From the NCBI GenBank assembly GCA_964016885.1, contig OZ024741.1, positions 270,010,001-270,074,000 of the forward strand: a DNA stretch of 64,000 bases, written 5' to 3'. Positions 15,026-28,483 of this stretch are shown here, one piece after another (within the stretch, counting starts at the first letter, position 1; every line of letters starts with the position of its first letter). The DNA is from Eledone cirrhosa. Lineage: Eukaryota. Position numbers and translations under genes: made by a program. The notes below the pieces were generated by a model. The model ran no database searches. It worked only from the letters and a program-made list of their open reading frames with translations, and was not told the origin of the DNA.

Positions 15026-15276
15026 AATAAACCTTTCAAGGATTTACACAAGTCTATATATTAATATATGAGGTGTTTGTGAAGTTTATTCATTTTAAAG
15101 TACTATACTGTGCTCTTTCCTTTGGTTAGTCTGTGTTTTATTTAAGATATTTCTGTATTTATATTTACAAGCTTCTCTAAATTAGATTCAAAGAAATCTT
15201 GTTTATCGAGGTGTAAAGTTTATTTCAGACAAATTATTATATATATATGTGTATAATATATGTATATATATGTATA

Positions 15277-15418
<142 letters not shown>

Positions 15419-15823
15419 TTTACACATACACCACTTAAACAAAGTCACAGGTATATATGTGTTTTTGCAACTTTTCACGATGTGGCTCAATGGAGAATTA
15501 ATAAATTAATCAGAGCGAAATACTATAGAGTAAAGCATGTCCAGGGAATTATTTGATAATATATATACATCATCTTTACCCCCAATCAGCATAATTAACC
15601 ACACAAAAAATCAATTAGACCAGGCTATAAGAATAAAAGGCATCTATGAAGAAACAGTAAATAAATACGCTATCGTGGTGTCTTCGCGTGCAACCGCTAT
15701 AGAATATTTACCCAACATTTCAACAGCACGTGGTAATTAATTAAATATATGGTCAACCATACATAATTAGGTAAAAATTAATGTTAGATATGCTTATATA
15801 CATACCAGGATTAAATCACTAAA

Positions 15824-15900
15824 TCCCGACCCTTGGATTTCGCTCACTTTTGAGATACCTTATTTAAGGTTCATACTCGAGTTTAGAGCTCTTCAGGGGA
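15824..15900 (-). ncRNA. Type I hammerhead ribozyme with extended stem II
   Basis: Minus strand tccc-CTGAAGA-gctc..gagc-GAAA-tcc aa ggg-TC-ggga. Confidence 0.8.
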
Positions 15901-16178
15901 TAAACTCACTAGGACATATTATTTTATGAAGTGGCCCCCGCCAAACACGAATTCAAAATGGTTGAGAACTGTGACGTGGCAGTGGTCTATAAATATTCTA
16001 TAGCGGTTGCACGCGAAGACGCCACGATGGAGTATTTATTTACTGTTTCTTCATAGATGCCTTTTATTCTTATAGCCTGGTCTAATTGATTTTTTGTGTG
16101 GTTAATTATGCTGATTGGGAGTAGAGATGATGTATATATATATTATCAAATAATTCTCTGGACATGCTTTACTCTATA

Positions 16179-16216
<38 letters not shown>

Positions 16217-16398
16217 GATATTAACAAATGGAAACTATATTTATAAAACCATATTTATTTCATTATACATATTTCAAGGACACCTAGTTAAATTATGGTG
16301 TGCTTTCATTAGACAAAATATAATATAGATCAGTTTTATAAATAAATATTGACATACCCTTAAAAAATGCAACCATTACTGTTGGAAGCTCCCGGATA

Positions 16399-16471
<73 letters not shown>

Positions 16472-16558
16472 TAAGTTATTCCGTATTGAATTGGAGGTAA
16501 CCACAGTAAGTAAGGTACTCAAAACATAGCAGAGTATAAAAGTTTTAATATAGATGAG

Positions 16559-16605
16559 ATTCTACAGGACTAGAACTGTTTCATTCTTTAGAAATCATCA
16601 GGAAT
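16559..16605 (-). ncRNA. Type I hammerhead ribozyme
   Basis: Minus strand attc-CTGATGA-tttc taaa gaat-GAAA-cag..ctg-TA-gaat. Confidence 0.7.
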
Positions 16606-16943
16606 TTGGCTATCCCAAAATAAATGCTGTGGTATTTATATCTTTTCAGGTGGTAGGAGAGGGTGGGGAGTGGGATGGGGGGAGGTCATTGGTTGAAAGA
16701 AAAGGGAATTCATTAAAAGCTAATTCTTTAAGGCTATATTTTATATTTAGAGTGACAAAGGCAGAAAGGATTCTATAAACAGGTTCAGAATGGGGTGCCA
16801 CTCCTTATTTTTAAGTTTCTCTTAAGCTAACAATGCCTATATTTCAGGTGTCTATAAGATGGTTGTGGGTCGGTCATGGTTGAAGGATTTAAAGAAAAGG
16901 GAAATTCTTTAAAAGCTAATTCTTTAAAGCTCTACATAGAGTG

Positions 16944-17007
<64 letters not shown>

Positions 17008-17988
17008 GTGTTTGTGAAGTTTATTCATTTTAAAGTACTATACTGTGCTCTTTCCTTTGGTTAGTCTGTGTTTTATTTAAGATATTTCTGTATTTATATT
17101 TACAAGCTTCTCTAAATTAGATTCAAAGAAATCTTGTTTATCGAGATGTAAAGTTTATTTCAGACAAATTATTATATATATATATGTATATATATATATA
17201 CCTATATATGTATATATATACACACCTATATATATAGATATATATATATAAATATTTACACATACACCACTTAAACAAAGTCACAGGTATATATGTGTTT
17301 TTGCAACTTTTCACGGTGTGGCTCAATGGAGAATTAATAAATTAATCAGAGCGAAATACTATAGAGTAAAGCATGTCCAGGGAATTATTTGATAATATAT
17401 ATACATCATCTTTACCCCCCAATCAGCATAATTAACCACACAAAAAATCAATTAGACCAGGCTATAAGAATAAAAGGCATCTATGAAGAAACAGTAAATA
17501 AATACGCTATCGTGGTGTCTTCGCGTGCAACCGCTATAGAATATTTACCCACGATTTCAACAGCACGTGGAAATTAATTAAATATATGGTCAACCATACA
17601 TAATTAGGTAAAAATTAATGTTAGATATGCTTATATACATACCAGGATTAAATCACTAAATCCCGACCCTTGGATTTCGCTCACTTTTGAGATACCTTAT
17701 TTAAGGTATTTCATTATACATATTTCAAGGACACCTAGTTAAATTATGGTGTGCTTTCATTAGACAAAATATAATATAGATCAGTTTTATAAATAGATAT
17801 TGACATACCCTTAAAAAATGCAACCATTACCGTTGGAAGCTCCCGGATAGTATATATATAGGTGTATATATATATATATATATACACCTATATATATATA
17901 TAGGTAAGTTATCCGTGTTGAATTGGAGGTAACCACAGTAAGTAAGTTACTCAAAACATAGCAGAGTATAAAAGTTTTAATATGGATA

Positions 17989-18039
17989 AGATTCTACAGG
18001 ACTAGAACTGTTTCATTCTTTAGAAATCATCAGGAATCT
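17989..18039 (-). ncRNA. Type I hammerhead ribozyme (duplicate of 16559)
   Basis: Same motif with 6-bp stem I agattc/gaatct. Confidence 0.7.
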
Positions 18040-18375
18040 GGCTTTCCCAAAATAAATGTTGTGGTATTTATATCTTTTCAGGTGGTAGGAGAGGGTGAGG
18101 AGTGGGATGAGTGGAGGTCATTGGTTGAAAGAAAAGGGAATTCATTAAAAGCTGATTCTTTAAGGCTATATTTTATATTTAGAGTGACAAAGGCAGAAAG
18201 GATTCTATAAACAGGTTCAGAATGGGGTGCCACTCCTTATTTTTAAGTTTCTCTTAAGCTAACAATGCCTATATTTCAGGTGTCTATAAGATGGTTGTGG
18301 GTCGGTCATGGTTGAAGGATTTAAAGAAAAGGGAAATTCTTTAAAAGCTAATTCTTTAAAGCTCTACATAGAGTG

Positions 18376-18438
<63 letters not shown>

Positions 18439-18564
18439 CTATATATACACCTATATATATATGTGTGTGTGTGTGTGTAATTTTAGGTTAAATCAATACA
18501 TATAGAATATGTATAGATAGCGTTGCTCAGAAAAAGCTAAGAAAAAACTTGTTTAGAGCATCCA

Positions 18565-18828
18565 TAATATGAAGTCATTTTAAACGATATATAGAAATAT
18601 ATCAATTGAGAAACTAACCAGGCTTTAATATATATATACATAGAGAAACAAATACTATTCACGGTGTTAAATAAAAAACATTACTCATATAAGTAGCTAT
18701 ATTTAAATGTCCGTACTTCCAAACCTTAAATTGTATGTTTCTATATGTATATATGTCTATGTATTAAAGCTTGGTTAATTTCTCAATTGATATATCTCTA
18801 AATATCGGTTAAAATTATCTTATATTAT
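18565..18828. repeat. Diverged inverted repeat (~85-bp arms)
   Basis: atatatcaattgagaaactaaccaggctttaata vs tattaaagcttggttaatttctcaattgatatat. Confidence 0.7.
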
Positions 18829-18858
18829 ATATATATATATATAAATCAAGTGTAAAAG

Positions 18859-18893
<35 letters not shown>

Positions 18894-19101
18894 CAAAGAG
18901 AGAAAGAGAGAGAGAGGGGAAGAGTGAGAGAGAAAGAGAGTGAGAGAGAGAGAGAGTGAAAGAACCATATGTGATTCTTTATATATATATACATATATCT
19001 TTTATATTTGATTTATTATGGCTCTGGTTAAAGTCTATTGAGCTTGTTTATTGAGAAGTACAAAATTCTAACATATTTGATATATTTTGATTCATTACAT
19101 T

Positions 19102-19135
<34 letters not shown>

Positions 19136-19137
<2 letters not shown>

Positions 19138-19738
19138 ACCAATAGTTTTATCGCTCTACATGGCTGAATACAAGAATTGTAAATTTGAGTTTTTCGAATA
19201 TTAATAATAATGTTCGATTCTTTTGCAATTATGCAAACAGCCTCTTAAGCCATGTCAGTAGAATGACCCCCGTCATTCTTGCTCTTGTGTTGGCATATAA
19301 ACAGAACGGCAGACACTAATGTTCCTGACTTATTACGCTTCATCAGTATCGTATACTGTTTACCTGCCAACTGTCAGAGCTAATGAAAATATATGATATT
19401 TTCTGGAATAAAAAGTGACTGATCGGCCCGATCCGCATACCAACTGATCCACCGAACAACTAGATCTGCACACTAGCAGAACCACTGATCAGCCAGACCC
19501 GCACATTAGCAGATAGGCCAGTCAGTTTTATGTCTACAAGTGATTAATGGCCGGCTTTGCGTTAGTCAAATAACTAACCAAGTTTTATCGCTCTACATAG
19601 CTAAATACAAGAAAAGTAAATCTGAGTTTATCGAATATTAACAATAATATTCGATTCGTTTGCAATTATGCATACAGTCTCTTAAGACATGTCAGTAGAA
19701 TAACCCCGTCATTCTTGCTCTTGTATTGGCATATAAAC

Positions 19739-19739
<1 letters not shown>
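19136..19739. mobile_element. ~600-bp cassette with ~165-bp terminal direct repeats, between (TA)n arrays
   Basis: 19136-19303 matches 19575-19739 with scattered mismatches. Confidence 0.7.
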
Positions 19740-19802
<63 letters not shown>

Positions 19803-19810
<8 letters not shown>

Positions 19811-20012
19811 GTGAGGTTTTTTTTACAAAATTAAAAATAACCGAGGTGTCCTACACGAGTGAAAGTATAAAGAAAAAAAGATGAAATCGAAAATGCAACT
19901 GGAGTCTTATTTTTTTAAAAAATATATATATTTATTTGGTTTCTTAACCGGTTTCGCAGTTCGTCTGCTTTTCAAAAGTAGAGTTGAGATGGAGGGTCTA
20001 TGGTTTTTTTCA
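19803..20012 (-). mobile_element. 3' end of the cassette family at 27649-28490, with U3-A8 hammerhead (19943-19978)
   Basis: Reverse complement of 28285-28490; minus strand ctt-TTGAAAA-gcag acgaa ctgc-GAAA-ccgg-TT-aag. Confidence 0.8.
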
Positions 20013-20037
20013 CATCTAATATATATATATATATATA

Positions 20038-20145
<108 letters not shown>

Positions 20146-20349
20146 CAGATTAAAGTTTAAGCAAAGAATCATTGCTTTCACCCTTAACGGGATCTTCTGA
20201 AACTAACAAAGTCAATCTGTAAACGCAGAACTGGATATTTCAAAAAACGTTGCAACCGGAGGAAGACAGGAAGACGATACTTTGGTTCGTGGAAACATTC
20301 GCTGGCGAAGAACGGGAAAAAACGAATATAATACGTCATTAATAGGAGC

Positions 20350-20802
20350 GATGATAATGGTGGTGGTAGTGTTGGTGGTGGTGGTGGTAGTAGTGGATGT
20401 ATGGGAAAGTATATATATTTCAGTAAGTGTTTGAGTGTGCATCTTTATATTTGTGTGCATGTCTATATTTGTGCCTGCATGCATGTGTATATATGTGTAT
20501 GTATGTATGTGTATAGTATATTTGTGTTTCTGTGTGTCTGTTTGTACGTGTATACTTGCGTCTGCATATATATGTGTATGTATGTTAGTGCATATATATG
20601 TGTATGTATGCGTGTGTATATGCACGCATATGGGCGTACTTATGTATGTGTGTGTGCGCTGTGTGTGCGTGTGTGTGCGTGTGTGTGCGTGTATGTTTAT
20701 TTGTGTGTATACGTGTGTGTTTATTTGTGTGTGTATGCGTATTTGTTCGTGTGTGTATGTGTTTTTGTGTGTGCATGTGCACGCGCTGTGTGTTTGTATT
20801 TA

Positions 20803-20881
<79 letters not shown>

Positions 20882-21660
20882 CTATGTATGTGTGCGCGCA
20901 TGTGTGTGTTTATGTGTGTGCAGGTATGAGGTGTGCATGAATGTGTTTATGTGTGTTCATGTGCACGCGCTATGTGTGTATGTGTTTATTTGTGTGTATG
21001 TGTGTGTCTATGTGTGTGTGAATGTATGTATGTGTGAATGTATGTGTGTATATGTGTGTGTGCGTGCATGTGTATGTGTGTATGTGTGTGTGTGTATGTG
21101 TGTATGTGTGTATGTGTGTATGTGTGTATGTGTGTATGTGTGTGTCTATATGTGTATGTGTGAATGTGTGTGCATGTGTGTGTGTGTGTGTGTGTATGTG
21201 TGTATGTGTGTGTATATATGTGTATGTGTGAATGTGTGTGCATGTGTGTGTAAGAATTGTTGTCTGATCTTAATACAAAATTTGATTTCTCAGACGCTGC
21301 CATCAAAACATCGATGGTGGGTTGGCAGCGAACCAAGTTCATTTCGATGTGAAGGGGGTGTGTTGGGTGAGTGGGGTAGGTGGGCAGGGTAGGTGGGGGC
21401 AGGGTGCTGGCTGGGAGAAGCAGGGGTGGAAATTGCTCATGATGCTGATTGTGGTTGTGGAAACAATGCTTACGGAGTTGGTGATGATGATGATCGCAAT
21501 GGTTATAGTGATGATGATGGGGATGATGGCGATGATAATGGTGGTGGTGGTGGTAGTGGGAATATGGGGATGATGGCGATGATAATGGTGATGGTGGTGA
21601 TGATGATGATGATCATCATCATCATGGTGGTGGTGGTGATGATATTGATGGTGATTGAGA
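20350..21660. repeat. Degenerate (GT)n/(TATG)n and (GAT/GGT)n low-complexity tract
   Basis: Directly visible. Confidence 0.9.
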
Positions 21661-21757
21661 AGACCGCAGAATACGTGACGACAGAGCTTTGACAGTAAAG
21701 TAACCAGTTGTTTACTAAAATAACCGATGAATGGATTAGTTAGATTAGTTAGATAAT

Positions 21758-21960
21758 GGTTTCTACTATAGGCACAAGGGCAACAATTTTAGGAGAAAGG
21801 AAAAGTCGATTAAATCGACTCCAGTACATTACTGGTACTTTATTTTATCGACACCGTAAGGATGAAAGGCAAAGTTAACCTCGGCGGGATTTGTACTCAG
21901 AACGTAAAAGGCCACAAAGCGTGTTTTCCGACGCTCTACCGGTTCTACCAATCCACTACC
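21758..21960 (-). mobile_element. tRNA-derived SINE, family B
   Basis: Reverse complement of core ttaactttgcctttcatccttacggggtcgataaaataaagtaccag seen at 40545, 47960 and 49529. Confidence 0.8.
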
Positions 21961-22120
21961 CTAGTTAGCTGAGTAATAATTAAAAAAAAAAACTGAAATG
22001 AAACTCACTGGTGCGTGTGTTTTTTATTGGAAACATACCTCCCAAAATATAACAATGTGTATATATGAATATATATATATATGTGTGTGTATATATGAAT
22101 ATATATATATATATATATAT

Positions 22121-23078
22121 AAAATAAAATAAGTAAGTCAAATATGTAAAATGTGGCTTCGTTTATTATAAACTAGCAGTGGTACCCGGCGTTGCACAGG
22201 ATAAGGTATTTGGAACGTGGGCCACCAACAGACCTAATCGTGGGAAAACTGCATGCCTGGACAATATGTAAAGAAAATAAACCGAATACTCTGATGGCTG
22301 GATAATCTTTAAGATTTTCCTCGAGGAAGCGGAAAAATGCAGGTTTTCACCCTAAGGGATCAAGAAAATGAATTTTTTTTTTTATATGCATAATATGCCT
22401 TGAAATTTCGGGAAAATCGGCTAGACGTAACGCCTCAAAAAAGCCCTAAAAAGCTGAAAAAATGAAGTTTTTCACCTAGGCCATAAAAAAGTTGGATTTT
22501 CTTTGCTCACGGTATGAAGAAGAGACTGACTAATACATAGTTACAATTTCAAGGAAATCGGTCTGACGTAACGCCTCAAGAAACCCATAAAAAGCTGAAA
22601 AAACGCAATTTTTCACCTAATGCGGGCCCTAGGGGATCAAAAAGTTGAATTTTTTTATGTGCATAACACTCCCTGAAATATAAGTAATACACATGTAAAG
22701 TTTGAAAAAAATCGGTTGGGATTCAAACTCACAGACACACACACACAGACATCCTCAGTTTTATATATATAGATTATAGATATACTGCTATTTATAATTC
22801 GTTGACAGCTATTATTGGCTGTGACCTCTTCAGGCAGTCCGAATTAGTGTGGAAAAGACAGGTACACATGTTGTTGAAGTGTGTTTCACTCTGTCAATAG
22901 ATCGATATGTCCAGATGCTGGGTGTGTTGTTAGTCCTCCGAGGAACTGGAATCATATGGTTACTTATATACTTATTTTATTTTACATTACTCCGGAGTAA
23001 ACAAACCAACCTGCGTACTTCAACGAGTGCTCCAATCTGTATACTGAGGTGTCGTTAGGCAACCAACATATACTCAAA

Positions 23079-23080
<2 letters not shown>
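22121..23080 (-). mobile_element. Hammerhead-bearing cassette (family of 39312-39745) interrupted by the Helitron
   Basis: gcttcgtttatta | Helitron | ctgctata..ggctgtgacctcttcaggcag is contiguous in the 39.4-39.7 kb copy; 22975-23080 is the reverse complement of 39312-39420. Confidence 0.7.
22173..22773 (-). mobile_element. Non-autonomous Helitron
   Basis: Minus strand begins TC(tatatatataaaa) and ends with a GC hairpin (gcaacgccgggtacc) plus CTAG, between A and T; termini shared with 47129-47769; internal subrepeats. Confidence 0.75.
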
Positions 23081-23139
<59 letters not shown>

Positions 23140-23149
23140 AATATACATA

Positions 23150-23240
<91 letters not shown>

Positions 23241-23289
23241 TACCTATATATTTATATATATGTCGGTAAACAACCAACATATACTCAAA

Positions 23290-23372
<83 letters not shown>

Positions 23373-23419
23373 ATACACAGTACCTATATATTTATATACA
23401 TATGTACACATATAGGTAT

Positions 23420-23523
<104 letters not shown>

Positions 23524-23573
23524 TATATATATTGTGTATATATATATATATATATATATAAATATATATATAT

Positions 23574-23615
<42 letters not shown>

Positions 23616-23955
23616 ACCTATATATTTATGTGTACACACACACATATATATATATATAAACTTTGACAATATATGAACAACCGGAAATTTATAAATTATA
23701 AATTTTTAAATTTATAAATTTAATTTATAATAAATTGGAGTGAAAGCAAATGGTGCGTGTGTTTCTTATTGGCAACATGACCCTCCCAAAGTATAAAAAT
23801 ATGTCGGGTAAGATCGATACAGATCGAACCTTGAGCTGATCAGTGGCGAAACGCGCGTCACCTACCAATAAATGTAATGAAGGAGTAACCAATCGACCTT
23901 GTTATCCTTTCAATATATATATATATATGTGTGTGTGTGTATATATATATATATA

Positions 23956-24024
<69 letters not shown>

Positions 24025-24097
24025 TTAAATCTTGGACAGGAACAAAAACAGAGAGGCGGTACAACTATTAGTTTATATGTATGTATATATATATATG

Positions 24098-24141
<44 letters not shown>

Positions 24142-24830
24142 ACATATGCGTTTATATATATACACTTATATATAAGAACTATATATTGTTAATAAAGTAA
24201 TATTTTTATTGTTCTAAGTGATATATTCTGTATGTTTTTGTGCAACATTTCAAAATTATTGTACCTATAACATTGTCTAAGTGAGTTCCCTCTGCTGGGT
24301 AGTTTAACGCCTTTTTACATCAAGGCGTTATAGGGTAACAAGTCGATATTTTTATATATCGATATTTACATTTTATATATATATATAATAAAAAAAATAT
24401 ATATATAATACACATATATATACACACACAATATATATATATATAGTTGGTTAAAGAGCAAAATACCTGTTGATAACGTGATATTACTTGTTCGATCTTT
24501 ATGCTGAAAGTTTATAGCTTTAAGCAGACAGTATTATTGATTTAGGTGTCATAGAAACCCTGCATTTGGATTTTACCATCATTTCCACTTGGGTCCAGGT
24601 CTGTTTATATCATTTATTTTGTTTGACCTGTTTAGCTTGACTTGTTTTTTGGTTTAGGTGGTTAATGCCTTCTTGACCACTTTTCAGTTTGTTTGGAGTT
24701 TAAACATATTGTTTAGCTCTAGTTTTTCTTAACTATTGGAGCGCTTGCCAGCATTTCTACGATTTTGCGTTTTGTTTCGCTTTTTCTACCAGCCGAAATA
24801 CGATTCTCGCTGAATATATATTTATATATA

Positions 24831-24900
<70 letters not shown>

Positions 24901-24901
<1 letters not shown>

Positions 24902-25068
24902 ATGGACACACTGGAAGAGGAAGACCAAGGTTAACATATGTTGGTGCCCTAAGGACAGACACTTGTCTGTTGGAGACGCAGGACATGGCAGTGATAATGA
25001 TGGACAGAGACCGCTGGAGAGAACTCGTCCATGGATCTCGGGAATGTTACCCGCCCTAGATAGATAGA
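24901..25068 (+). mobile_element. RTE-type LINE extreme 3' end with (TAGA)n tail
   Basis: Hand translation [27 protein letters not shown] followed by tagatagatag. Confidence 0.7.
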
Positions 25069-26170
25069 TTTCTTTATTAGCCACAAGGGCGCAACAAGAA
25101 AAGGGGACAATACAAAGACATGCCGGGGATTTTACATACAGTCGTGTAAAAAATATAAAAACAAACAATTTAAACAGAGAAGGCCCAATCACTCGGGCCA
25201 TTTTCGCTTCATTCACCCACCTTTCAGTAAATTTACTGGGGTGCAGAGCCTCTCTCTCCACCCTGATTCTCCTTCTAAAGTGATACTTAAAGAAGGGAAT
25301 CAATTGTTCTCCGGAGAGAAAGGCATCTGTCCTCAGTCCTCTCAACCTCGTCCACCATATAACTTCTTTCACCATAGCCACTGTACAGAGGAAAACCGCC
25401 TCTCTTTCGTTTTTGAAAGAGGCTGGCGGTTTGATCCTTACTATGGACTCGGCAGTCAACTGTATTTGTCCCATACGCGACAGCAGTTGTTCTGCATAGT
25501 TCCACAGGTCGCTTACGCCCGGGCAGTGTACAATTGCGTGCAGAACTGTTTCAATGTCCTGCGCACATCTTGGACACGTCCTCTTGGAAGGATCCCTGCC
25601 AGGGCGTTCCCAGCCCTCCGTTGGAAGGGTGCTGACAGCAGACGGATCTCCTCACCAGTGGAGCCTGCCTCTTCCACAGAAACTGGAAGATCATGCGTTC
25701 CATCTTGGCGAGGTGTTCACAGGACAAGGCACGACAGTCAAGCGGTAGTAGATGACGGACGCTATGAAAGTGTTCGCCACCTCCGCTCGACCTTTCAAGG
25801 ACAGTTTGCACTCTGCCCACTTCTGAGTGAGTGCAAACACCTTGGCCGTGACCTCGTTCCAGTTTTTCTCCACCTGGAGGTCTGGACCGAACCAGACCCC
25901 GAGCAATTTCACCGGTCCGCTCGTCCAGCGTCCGATGACGCTGTCGGACGGCATCGGTTTGCCTCTCCACGTTCCGAGTTGCAAACCGACAGACTTGTCC
26001 GGGTTCAGTTTTGCTCCTGTGAGCCTCTCATATTCCTGCAGTAAGTTGCCAATCGCCCCGATTTCGGAGGTTTCCGACGCCATTACCGTTACGTCGTCGG
26101 TATAAGCCGACGCCGCTTTCCGCAGTCCCGGTTCCAACTGAATGCCCTGGAGCAGCTCCAGCTACCGCAG
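25061..26170 (-). mobile_element. L1/Tx1-clade LINE 3' fragment
   Basis: AYTDDVTV, GAKLN, LLGVWFG, FLWK, then after a deletion a CPRC..ETVLHAIVHC zinc-finger-like motif, 3' UTR with AATAAA and tctatcta. Confidence 0.9.
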
Positions 26171-26181
26171 ATAGATATATA

Positions 26182-26228
<47 letters not shown>

Positions 26229-26267
26229 ATATAAATATATATATGTTTATATATATATATATATATA

Positions 26268-26299
<32 letters not shown>

Positions 26300-26493
26300 A
26301 TGTGTGTGTATGTGTGTGTGACAAAATGGTCATATTTTTTTCTTTAGAAATCGAAAATTTAGAAAATTGAATTTAACATCATAACTATTCTATATATCTA
26401 AATAAATGTTGGTATGGTAGTTAGATGTGGTTTTGTAATATTTAAATCAATACCAGACAAAAACAGTAGCAATTTACATTGACACACACACAG

Positions 26494-26555
<62 letters not shown>

Positions 26556-26557
26556 AT

Positions 26558-26656
26558 AGTCAGGACCCCGATGGCTGAGCTCCGGACAGCAAGATCCGGA
26601 ACTGAATTCGGATCTAGCTGTCGAAATGGCCGGAGCTCAGCCGTCGGGGTCCTGAC
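26558..26656. repeat. GC-rich near-perfect hairpin; cassette related to 6455-6590
   Basis: agtcaggaccccgatggctgagctccgg / ccggagctcagccgtcggggtcctgact with inner stem gacagc.agatccg/cggatct.gctgtc. Confidence 0.8.
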
Positions 26657-27072
26657 TCTTTTCCTATTACCCACTCTACTACCCTAAGTATCGAGTACTC
26701 TGGTGAGCAATGGTCCACCTGGTTTCTTACCACACTTTATTTGTTATATATATATATATAAGGAGAGGCACAAAAACAAAGAAAAGAATCCCCAGTCACT
26801 GAAGAGGTCACAGAATGTGTGACAAAAGAACTTTGACAATATATAAACAACTATCTGGTTATGGAACCAACCAACCAACCGGAAATTTATAAATTCCTAA
26901 ATTTATAAATCTATTATAATAAATTGAAGTGAAAGCAACTGGTGCGTGTGTTTCTTATTGGCAACATGACCCTCCCAAAGTATAACAATATCGGTTTCAA
27001 CACACGTTTTCAGATAAATAATCTTGCTAAATAAATTCAGAAACGAAATATATATATATATATATATATCAT

Positions 27073-27233
27073 TTGATTGACATATATATATTTATATAAA
27101 ATAAACATATGAAACAATCACAGGGAATAATTTGTAAAAGTGTGTAAGCATTATGTGTGCTTACACACTTTTACAAATTATTCCCTGTGATTGTTTCATA
27201 TGTTTATTTTAGATATATATATATGTCAATCAA
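27073..27233. repeat. Near-perfect palindrome (~77-bp arms, ~7-nt loop)
   Basis: aaataaacatatgaaacaatcacagggaataatttgtaaaagtgtgtaagca and its reverse complement are adjacent. Confidence 0.9.
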
Positions 27234-27573
27234 TTTCTAGTTGATGTAAAATGCTTGGATCTATTCATTGGAATCTTGGAGCATATTCTACAGTGGATAT
27301 GGTGCATGTCTCTCTGACATGACACCCTTAATTTAATTTTGTATATATATATATATATATATAAAGAATGAATAATAACAGGTAGATATCATAAAAAGGT
27401 AATTATTATTCATTCTTTATCTACACTCCGGAATACAGAAGGATCAAAAACTGAATTTTTCTGACTATTCTTCCATAACTCGTTGAGTAACCCCTCACCG
27501 TGCGTCAACTCTATCTAGTGTAGTAATTAATCATTACTGTATTCAGGATAACCCTAAGCATTTCTTGCATAAC

Positions 27574-27651
<78 letters not shown>

Positions 27652-27720
27652 AAAAAGGGATGAAATCGAAAATGCAACTGAAGTCTTATTTTTTTTTTAA
27701 ATATATATATTTATTTGGTT

Positions 27721-27758
27721 CCTTTACCGGTTTCGCAGTTCTTCTGCTTTTCAAAAGG
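27721..27758 (-). ncRNA. Minimal hammerhead, U3-A8 core variant
   Basis: Reverse complement of 28315-28352. Confidence 0.7.
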
Positions 27759-28314
27759 TGAGTTGAGATGGAGGGTCTGTGGTTTTTCTCACATCTGGTT
27801 GGTCTCTAAATGTTACTTGTTTTATATGGAAAAAGTGGCTCGAAAGCCAGGTTTTTCGAGAAGTAATTTGATTGGTTTGTCAATAATTATAATAAATTTC
27901 GCGCCAGTTGACCACTATCTCTCCATTGTCATAACATTCACTATAAAGACTACAGAATAGTTTTCCAAATAAGGGCGCAAAAATGTAATGAAAACTTGTT
28001 CACGTGACAGCCAAATTTCATTTATAACCAACCAAAAAAAAAGCCTTCGTGAGCCTCATTTTTTCAAGTAAAAAGAAATTCAAACACTCATATATGAAAA
28101 AACAACCTGTGACAACCTCCCCCCCCCCCCCCCCTCTCTTATTTGAAGAACTATTGTAACACGAACTGGCGCGAAATTTATTATAATTATTGACAAACCA
28201 ATCAAATTACTTCTCGAAAAACCTGGCTTTCGAGCCACTTTTTCCATATAAAACAAGTAACATTTAGAGACCAACCAGATGTGAGAAAAACCACAGACCC
28301 TCCATCTTAACTCA

Positions 28315-28352
28315 CCTTTTGAAAAGCAGAAGAACTGCGAAACCGGTAAAGG
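28315..28352 (+). ncRNA. Minimal hammerhead, U3-A8 core variant
   Basis: cctt-TTGAAAA-gcag aagaa ctgc-GAAA-ccgg-TA-aagg. Confidence 0.7.
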
Positions 28353-28483
28353 AACCAAATAAATATATATATTTTTTAAAAAAATAAGACTTCAGTTGGA
28401 TTTTCGATTTCATCCCTTTTTCTTTATACTTCCACTCGTGTAGGACACCTCGGTTATTTTTCATTTTGTAAAAAAAACCTCAC

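Larger units (their letters stand above)
11602..15054 (+). mobile_element. Rearranged non-coding PLE-like cassette with nested inverted and direct repeats, bounded by (TA)n
   Basis: 11602-11690 inverted with 12451-12540; 11755-12285 inverted with 14510-15054; 12155-12285 inverted with 12300-12445; direct repeat 13188-13884 / 13889-14560. Confidence 0.8.
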
